Shown here: positions 58,052-64,000 of the stretch, piece after piece
Position numbering within the stretch: the stretch's first letter is position 1
Layout: every line of letters starts with the position of its first letter
Assembly (NCBI GenBank): GCA_050951325.1
Contig: JBMNIW010000001.1
Span: 129,229 to 193,228, forward strand
DNA: 64,000 nucleotides
Direction: 5' to 3'
Source of the DNA: Clostridia bacterium
Lineage (GTDB): Bacteria; Bacillota; Clostridia; UBA1212; DUPL01
Translations under genes and position numbers: made by a program
The notes under the pieces: model-generated
The model's database searches: none
What the model was told of the DNA's origin: nothing
Seen by the model: the letters and a program-made list of their open reading frames with translations, nothing else

Positions 58052-59575
58052 TTACACTCTTCTACTTATTTTCCTGGGATCTCCCGGGTCTTCGGTCTCC
58101 TCCATCCACATGTCAATTACCTTCCTGAGTTTCTCAACAACCTTTAATTGTTCTTTTTCATTCATCAGGTTCTTTGTCTGACCAGGGTCATTGTCAATAT
58201 CGTACAATTCCTCATAAGGTCTGGAAAAGACGCTCATCATCAAATCATATTCAAAGGGGTATTCATCCTTTGCATTGACTATGGCATCATAGGAAAGATT
58301 ACCCCAGTCCTTGCCATAAAGGTCTGCAGGCAGCTTGTATTCCAGTTCCGGCATAAGATTTCTTATGTACAAATATCTTCCATCAAAAACCGCTCTTGAC
58401 GGATAGATCTCTCCAGGACCGTGAGCATTGTGCTCAGTAAACACATACTTTCTGCCCTTAGCACCTTTCTGTCCTTCAAGAATCGGTCTTAACGAAATAC
58501 CCTGCATATTATCAGGAATCCTTACACCAATGCAATCAAGTATCGTTGGTGCAATATCAATCAAACTGACAAGCTCGTCGGTATTCACATTGCTCTTAAT
58601 ACCCGGTCCTTTGATTGACAGAGGAACATGGGTTCCGTCAAAATACACTGATGCTTTGGCACGAGGATACGCATACCCTTGGTCGCTTGTGTATATGATA
58701 ATGGTTCTGTCCATTTCGCCAGATTCCTCAAGCTCTTCAAGCACATGGCCAATTGCGGCATCCATAGTCTGTACGGAAGACAGATAATTGGCGTAATCCT
58801 GCCTGACCATAGGAATGTCAGGAAGGCCCACAGGCAAGACAACATTATCAGTTTTCACCTTGTATCTGCCATCAATACCCGACTGCCACTCCCTGTGTGT
58901 ATTACCGAAGTTTACCATTAGAAAAAATGGATCATCTTTGTTTTTTCTTCTGACCATATTTAGAAATGTCTTTACAGATTGCGCGCCGCTTGTCACAGGA
59001 AGTCTTGGTGACTGCAGTCTGTAGTCAAAAGGATATTTCCAATGAGGACTCAAGTGCCATTTCTGCGTTATTCCGGTAACATACCCCTCTTCCTTCAGAA
59101 TTTCAAGAAGGGTTGGGATATCTTCATGAACTCCCACAGTATCCTGCATTGAAGACTCTCTGCCAAACTCCTTTTCTGGCGCATTTATTGGTGGAGTTAT
59201 TGTATTTCTCCAATGACCATTTGAGTGCGGATACATTCCTGTGAAAATAGAACTTCTGCTGGGAGAACACGATGCACAAGAAGAAAAGGCGTTTGTGAAA
59301 AAGGTACTATCTCTTGCCAACTTGTCAATGTTCGGTGTTGAAAGACCAGGCGTACCAACATGCGATAGATGGTAGCTTTGATCGTCCGCAAGCATCAATA
59401 CTATATTCGGTTTTCTTTCAAGTCCTCCAATAATGGTCATGGACTGGGTAGGTCTTGGACTAAAATCCAAATTGTCCTTGTCTCCTTCATTTTTTAAACT
59501 ACTGCATCCTCCCAGTGCACTTACAGCAAACAAGGAGGTAAGACCCAAAGAAACGGTTTTTCTAACAAAGCTCAT
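58052..59575 (-). CDS. Cys-type sulfatase lipoprotein.
   Basis: ATG 59575 follows GGTGGAG. Lipobox ALGGC. Signature SCSPSRSSIFTG. LMLADDQSYH metal-binding N-terminus. Confidence 0.85.
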   Translation of the reverse strand: MSFVRKTVSLGLTSLFAVSALGGCSSLKNEGDKDNLDFSPRPTQSMTIIGGLERKPNIVLMLADDQSYHLSHVGTPGLSTPNIDKLARDSTFFTNAFSSCASCSPSRSSIFTGMYPHSNGHWRNTITPPINAPEKEFGRESSMQDTVGVHEDIPTLLEILKEEGYVTGITQKWHLSPHWKYPFDYRLQSPRLPVTSGAQSVKTFLNMVRRKNKDDPFFLMVNFGNTHREWQSGIDGRYKVKTDNVVLPVGLPDIPMVRQDYANYLSSVQTMDAAIGHVLEELEESGEMDRTIIIYTSDQGYAYPRAKASVYFDGTHVPLSIKGPGIKSNVNTDELVSLIDIAPTILDCIGVRIPDNMQGISLRPILEGQKGAKGRKYVFTEHNAHGPGEIYPSRAVFDGRYLYIRNLMPELEYKLPADLYGKDWGNLSYDAIVNAKDEYPFEYDLMMSVFSRPYEELYDIDNDPGQTKNLMNEKEQLKVVEKLRKVIDMWMEETEDPGDPRKISRRV

Positions 59576-59720
59576 CAGCTCCACCAACTTTCATATTCTA
59601 ATTAATCGTTTACTATACATTTATATTATCACAACAAATAATCAGTTTTCAATTGTTTAAAAAGATTGACCAAAGAAAATATTTTCCGTATTATTAAAAA
59701 AACAAGCAAAGGAGAAGAAA

Positions 59721-61124
59721 ATGAAAGAAAACCTCACTTTATTCTTTGATGACAAGAATATACTGTCAAGAAACGGATTTACAAGAAAACTGGGAAGCCC
59801 AAAAGCAATTGAAATCTACAAAGATCCTAGCGCTACAACAGCAACCGGCTTTCCTTCAATATGGCATGATGAGCAAAACGGTAAATACCATATGTTCTAC
59901 AACGGACATGTAAACGGCAAACTGGTTCCCTTAGCTGCAATAAGTGATGACGGTATACACTTCAGTCCCAGAAACACTGCAGAAGAAGCAGGTCTCAATA
60001 ATCCTACAGCCCCCAACCAGGTGATGATTGGATGCGGGGAACTTGCAAATGTTTATGTAGATAAAAAAGGACCCTCATCCGAAAGGTTGAAAGCTTTAGT
60101 TACATACGGTGACTCAAAGACAACAAGAATTATAAACGACCCATTGTACACCTCACCAGACGGAATAAATTGGACAAGACAGCCTGTGCAGTGGCACAAC
60201 CACGCAGCAGAGCCTGGGGCGATGTGTTTCTACAACCATGTTATAGACAAACACTGCATCATTGCAAGGCCGGATGCAGGTGTTAGAAGAGTTGGGCTTA
60301 TTGAAACATCTGATTTCAAATCTTTTTCAGACGCTCGCCTTGTCATGACACCCGATTCATTGGATGAGCCCCTTGCAGAGCACTATGGAATGCCTGTATT
60401 TCCTTATGAAAACTATTTCATAGGTTTTCTGTGGATATATCATGTGCCGAATGTGAGAAAAAGAAAGTATTACGGTGGAACAATTGACGCCCAGCTTGTT
60501 TACTCCTACAACGGAACAAACTTTAACAGAACCTTGAGGGAAGCATTTTTCTCAAAACAAAAGGGTATGATATTTCCCAGCTGCATGTATGAAAGTACCG
60601 ATGGAAAACTGCTGGTTGTCGCAAGCACATGCGAAAACGAGCATGGATACTTTAAAAATAATGGAGTAATTGAAATATATGAAATAAGGAAAGATGGCTT
60701 CATATCCCTGCACGCAGATGATAACGCCGATCTTATAACCATCCCCATGCTTTACAGAGGCGGGGATATAAAAGTCAACATTAATGCCGAGCACTGCACA
60801 TGCGCACTGTATACGGATGACAGTGACAAACATCCTCTTAATCTTCTTGAACATGAGCTTCTGCCTCTTGAGGGATTCTCCCATGAAGAATGTAAAGCCT
60901 TCTCCGGGGATTGTTTAGTCTGGACTCCTAAATGGAAAGAAAAAGATGTAAATTGTCTTGAAGGAAGAATAATCTACATCGAATTAAAACTAAAAAAGGG
61001 AGATATCTATTCCATAAAAGGAAATCTTACCCCAATGATGATATGCGATCTAGCAAGGTATCACCTGCATGGAAGTAGATATCACATCGAATTAAAACTA
61101 ACAAAGGGAGATATGTTTCCATAA
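59721..61124 (+). CDS. Cytoplasmic five-bladed beta-propeller glycoside-hydrolase-like protein (GH43/GH32/GH130 superfamily).
   Basis: No signal peptide. Propeller-like repeats. RBS AGGAGAAGAAA. The 3' end carries an internal tandem duplication. Confidence 0.55.
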   Translation: MKENLTLFFDDKNILSRNGFTRKLGSPKAIEIYKDPSATTATGFPSIWHDEQNGKYHMFYNGHVNGKLVPLAAISDDGIHFSPRNTAEEAGLNNPTAPNQVMIGCGELANVYVDKKGPSSERLKALVTYGDSKTTRIINDPLYTSPDGINWTRQPVQWHNHAAEPGAMCFYNHVIDKHCIIARPDAGVRRVGLIETSDFKSFSDARLVMTPDSLDEPLAEHYGMPVFPYENYFIGFLWIYHVPNVRKRKYYGGTIDAQLVYSYNGTNFNRTLREAFFSKQKGMIFPSCMYESTDGKLLVVASTCENEHGYFKNNGVIEIYEIRKDGFISLHADDNADLITIPMLYRGGDIKVNINAEHCTCALYTDDSDKHPLNLLEHELLPLEGFSHEECKAFSGDCLVWTPKWKEKDVNCLEGRIIYIELKLKKGDIYSIKGNLTPMMICDLARYHLHGSRYHIELKLTKGDMFP

Positions 61125-61183
61125 AGATGAACAACTTACCCCAAGATGTATGCGATCTGCAAGGTATCACCTGCATGGAGTAG
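60974..61183 (+). repeat. Imperfect ~105-bp tandem duplication spanning the stop codon of 59721..61124.
   Basis: Unit 1: ATCTACATCGAATTAAAACTAAAAAAGGGAGATATCTATTCC...GGTATCACCTGCATGGAAGTAG. Unit 2: ATATCACATCGAATTAAAACTAACAAAGGGAGATATGTTTCC...GGTATCACCTGCATGGAGTAG. Confidence 0.7.
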
Positions 61184-61216
61184 TTCCAGGTGTATGTTAT
61201 TTAATGTAATAATTTT

Positions 61217-61930
61217 TTACTCCCCTCGTCTATTAGGTGGCACATAGGCTTCAGCATCTTCCATTGACTTAAAGAAACCAAAGTAATCCACAGTAATTGT
61301 GGAATTTGCGATATTGCCTCCCAATATATCCGCTCTGAAATCCGTTAGAATTTCTGCTCCTTCGGGCTTGATTTCGTTAAAATCCATATATATTACCTGC
61401 CATTCATCTGTTGCTTCTGCTGTGAACGTACGGGCTTGGTTCTTACCAAATCCTACTTTGTCACCATCATATGCAAAATACATTTGTCCACCTGTAGCTT
61501 TTGCTGAATTTTTGAAAAGCATCTTGAATATTGCATACTCTGTAATATCAATCATGCCCTCAGGCAGAGGAACAGTAAAGTACGGATCAGGAACATCTTC
61601 AACTGTAATCAACAGCCCTTCATCGGTATACTCATGGGTGGAGTTGGCAGGTTTCAAGGGAATACCCTCAAACATACTGTCAATGATATCTTCACCCTCG
61701 AATGCAAAACGATATAAAATGGCATCTATATCTGCATCGGGGTCTGGTGTTGGAGTCGGTGTTGGTTCAGGAGTATCTGTAGGTTCAGGAGTATCTGTAG
61801 GTTCGGGTGTATTCGTTGTATCCGGTGGAACATCAGTAGCTTTAGGACCTACCCCCATACCGTCACACCCAGCAAACACCAACATTAAAATAATTACAAA
61901 TAAAATACAAATTGCCCTTTTAACTCTCAT
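61217..61930 (-). CDS. Lipoprotein: PT/PE-rich linker encoded by tandem 18-nt repeats, plus the same unassigned ~150-aa domain as 1521..2351.
   Basis: Lipobox VFAGC. TPEPTDTPEPTDTPEPTPTPTP. ..EYAIFKMLFKNSAKATGGQMYF..FRADILGG..TVDYFGFFKSMEDAEAY. Confidence 0.65.
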   Translation of the reverse strand: MRVKRAICILFVIILMLVFAGCDGMGVGPKATDVPPDTTNTPEPTDTPEPTDTPEPTPTPTPDPDADIDAILYRFAFEGEDIIDSMFEGIPLKPANSTHEYTDEGLLITVEDVPDPYFTVPLPEGMIDITEYAIFKMLFKNSAKATGGQMYFAYDGDKVGFGKNQARTFTAEATDEWQVIYMDFNEIKPEGAEILTDFRADILGGNIANSTITVDYFGFFKSMEDAEAYVPPNRRGE

Positions 61931-61955
61931 TGAGACACCTCGCAGTCTTTACGTA

Positions 61956-63251
61956 TTATTCAAATATTAATGCATCCTTGAGATAAACAGGCTGAAACAA
62001 GAGTAAAGATCCATCATTGTCAATAACTTCAACACGAACATATTTCTCGCCGTTTAGTGTGTATTGGCCCTCTTTGGTTGTTTGCTCTAACAATACCTTG
62101 CCTTCCTCAGTAATAAACCTATATGTAAAAGTGTTATTATCAGGCTGCTTTGGATCCCTGGCCTTAACCTTTATGATGTCACCCTCTAAAACCAAGTACT
62201 CTGGAAAGAGACCTGTAGAGGCACAAAACCGCCCATTATCAATAGCTTTTCTCATAGATTCATATGCAATATCTTCAGTATAGATAATGTTGTAGCTTTT
62301 ATTCACATCTCCCAATTGGTGCATATCGTCATTTCCAAAACCATAAACCAATCTACCTTTTGTAAGCAAGTAATCCCACACATCTGTGGCAATAGGCTCA
62401 CCTGTCGGCAAACGGTTAATCAGCATGTTTATTGCTTCTATCCCTATATAGCCTTTTAGATTAAGCAGTCTGTACTTGTTCCAAAACCATTGTTGAGGCC
62501 AGTTTGGATGAGCCAAAATTGTAAAGCCTCCCGCTTCTTTTGCCATGTTAATTGCAGTCTGATGGTCATACTCATGAAGAGATTGATCACAGCCAACTGT
62601 CACCATGTGCTCTTGTACCGAGTATTCCACCCCTGGTACCATGGTCATGTTTTTATCTGTAAACTCCGATGTATCCGAAAACAAATCATGATTGGATATT
62701 GCAAGAAAGCTAAAATTCGCTTCTCTATAAGCGTTAACCACTACATCAATATCATTCGAACCACAGGTATTTGGGCCAGTGCCCGCATGTGTATGGAAAT
62801 TTGCTTTTCTCCATTTTCCTTTACTTAAGTTCTGGTATGGGTTTACATACATTGAGTTGCCTTCAACGTTGGAACCCCAAAACATGTTAAAACTTCCTTT
62901 ATGTTCATCACCAATCATTGTCACTATATACTCCCCTGCACTTTCCAAATCTACTTTAAATTCTGAGGTTCCAACTGAGTTTTTTACATAAACCAGTTTC
63001 CTCTCCGCATCTTTAACATAGACATCCAGATTGCCACTCTCAGTGACAAAACTAAAGTGTAAAGATGGTTTTACCCCTTCATCAATAGTAATAACTTCGC
63101 TCTTCTCGCCATAAAAGTTGTCATAACTTACATTTATCGAATACTCAGTGGTATTCTCTGTAGCGTTTTTGAATGAATACCCAGCTTCTTTGCATGATTG
63201 CAGCATAAGCGAAGATAATACAAGAATGAATATTGCTAACCTTCTCTTCAT
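61956..63251 (-). CDS. PHP-domain (CehA/McbA-like) metal-dependent hydrolase lipoprotein.
   Basis: Lipobox MLQSC. ANFHTHAGTGPNTCGSND, AISNHD, ILAHPNW histidine motifs. RBS AGAAGGGA. Confidence 0.65.
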   Translation of the reverse strand: MKRRLAIFILVLSSLMLQSCKEAGYSFKNATENTTEYSINVSYDNFYGEKSEVITIDEGVKPSLHFSFVTESGNLDVYVKDAERKLVYVKNSVGTSEFKVDLESAGEYIVTMIGDEHKGSFNMFWGSNVEGNSMYVNPYQNLSKGKWRKANFHTHAGTGPNTCGSNDIDVVVNAYREANFSFLAISNHDLFSDTSEFTDKNMTMVPGVEYSVQEHMVTVGCDQSLHEYDHQTAINMAKEAGGFTILAHPNWPQQWFWNKYRLLNLKGYIGIEAINMLINRLPTGEPIATDVWDYLLTKGRLVYGFGNDDMHQLGDVNKSYNIIYTEDIAYESMRKAIDNGRFCASTGLFPEYLVLEGDIIKVKARDPKQPDNNTFTYRFITEEGKVLLEQTTKEGQYTLNGEKYVRVEVIDNDGSLLLFQPVYLKDALIFE

Positions 63252-63269
63252 AACGATCCCTTCTCTTTT

Positions 63270-63377
63270 TTATATCAAATCAGAAAAATCACCAAAATTG
63301 TCACCACTTGCTGTAATAACATCATCGCTTTCAAAAACATATATTTCAAAGTCAGGTAGCTCATAACTCATTTTCAT
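63270..63377 (-). CDS. Unlisted small ORF: 35-aa acidic peptide, MKMSYELPDFEIYVFESDDVITASGDNFGDFSDLI.
   Basis: ATG 63377 follows AAGGGGGATTTTCA. Its stop lies 18 nt before the PHP-lipoprotein start. Below the 60-aa cutoff of the ORF track. Confidence 0.3.
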   Translation of the reverse strand: MKMSYELPDFEIYVFESDDVITASGDNFGDFSDLI

Positions 63378-63484
63378 TGAAAATCCCCCTTACTCAATAT
63401 TTTGTAGTCCTGCATCTCTGGAAAATCCCACTTTACCTTCCAGCAGAGTCGCTAAAGCCAACTCTGCCGGAAAGCAACAGTTCT

Positions 63485-64000
63485 TCAGCCAGCTTGCACC
63501 TTTACGAATACATCCTCTTCAGGCATGATGAAAGTATCATGACTAAGCAAAACATTATTTGCCAGTAAATCGTAATGAACTCCCGGTGCGATATCAATTT
63601 CTATCAATACGGTTTCACCGGGCATAAAAATGCCGGCATTCGTCAACCTGCCATTAAGGTACACATCTGTGTATGAATCTACATCAACGACATACATTCC
63701 CTTGCTATAATATATTGTCTGAGACTGGGAATGACAATCGTATGCGACAACAGTTATTGCATAATCATCCGCCTTCCTTTCAAAGCCAAACTCAATCTCA
63801 TCTGGCATGTCATCCATACTATGTATTGCATACTGAGAAGACAAACACATAACTTCTTTCTCTATCACACCGTCTACAATCTGATACAAAGTGACTATGT
63901 AATATTCCACAGGACTGCTTCCATTCTTTGCACTTCGGAATTTACCTGTAATTACATCTGAAGTTTCCGATGTAATAGTAATTTCCTCTTCATCAAAACG
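63485..64000 (-). CDS. Hypothetical protein, C-terminal part (5' end beyond the window end).
   Basis: The frame stays open upstream of the ORF-track Met to position 64000 (..GKFRSAKNGSSPVEYYIVTLYQ..). No family recognised. Confidence 0.45.
   Translation of the reverse strand, partial: RFDEEEITITSETSDVITGKFRSAKNGSSPVEYYIVTLYQIVDGVIEKEVMCLSSQYAIHSMDDMPDEIEFGFERKADDYAITVVAYDCHSQSQTIYYSKGMYVVDVDSYTDVYLNGRLTNAGIFMPGETVLIEIDIAPGVHYDLLANNVLLSHDTFIMPEEDVFVKVQAG

Noticed and set aside
61735-61830. Tandem 18-nt direct repeats (GGTTCAGGAGTATCTGTA-like) that could be mistaken for a mini CRISPR-like array.
   Set aside because: They are in-frame coding repeats for the TPEPTD linker of lipoprotein 61217..61930. 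There are no spacers and no cas genes.
1-64000. rRNA, tRNA, tmRNA, CRISPR arrays, prophage structural genes, defence-system ATPases or nucleases.
   Set aside because: The intergenic regions were inspected. No T-loop/anticodon-arm-like segments, no regularly spaced repeats, and no phage-like ORFs were found. The only nuclease-like gene is the IS-borne tnpB.

Overview
This 64-kb window is an accessory region from a low-GC Gram-positive anaerobe, probably a member of the Clostridia. Evidence for that placement: AGGAGG/GGTG-type ribosome-binding sites, L-x-x-C lipoboxes, hairpin-plus-U terminators, Pro/Thr-rich linkers and radical-SAM / glycyl-radical chemistry.

The region is dominated by candidate glycan-degrading proteins that are secreted, lipid-anchored or anchored by a C-terminal transmembrane segment. 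They fall into paralogous families:
- two TIM-barrel GH-like families, one carrying discoidin domains;
- an unassigned Trp-rich ~440-aa domain, three copies;
- small discoidin lipoproteins, three copies, one frameshifted;
- a GH36 enzyme;
- a 2xLamG + DUF2961(GH172)-like protein;
- a cytoplasmic GH43-like propeller.

Regulators are three AraC proteins (two look damaged), one Crp/Fnr protein with an N-terminal Cys cluster, a MerR protein, and a Cache-HAMP-PAS-GGDEF-HD-GYP sensor. The right end carries a MerR-ABC-anSME (radical SAM) cassette convergent on two Cys-type sulfatases.

Two mobile elements are present:
- an IS200/IS605 element (tnpA+tnpB) inserted 3' of a TTAC inside the 3' end of a GH-like gene;
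- a ~5.6-kb IS1634-like composite flanked by 326-bp direct repeats that duplicate the promoter and first 56 codons of the merR-like gene.

The most unusual feature is a tightly coupled 8-gene minus-strand operon (10344 to beyond position 1). It joins the extracytoplasmic hydrolase-like proteins to a cytoplasmic module of a PFL2-family glycyl-radical dehydratase, its activase and a Zn-dependent alcohol dehydrogenase, with the Fnr-like regulator divergently upstream.

No rRNA, tRNA or CRISPR array was seen. The ORF track assigns M to TTG/GTG starts, so several starts were re-placed on RBS-supported ATG/GTG codons.
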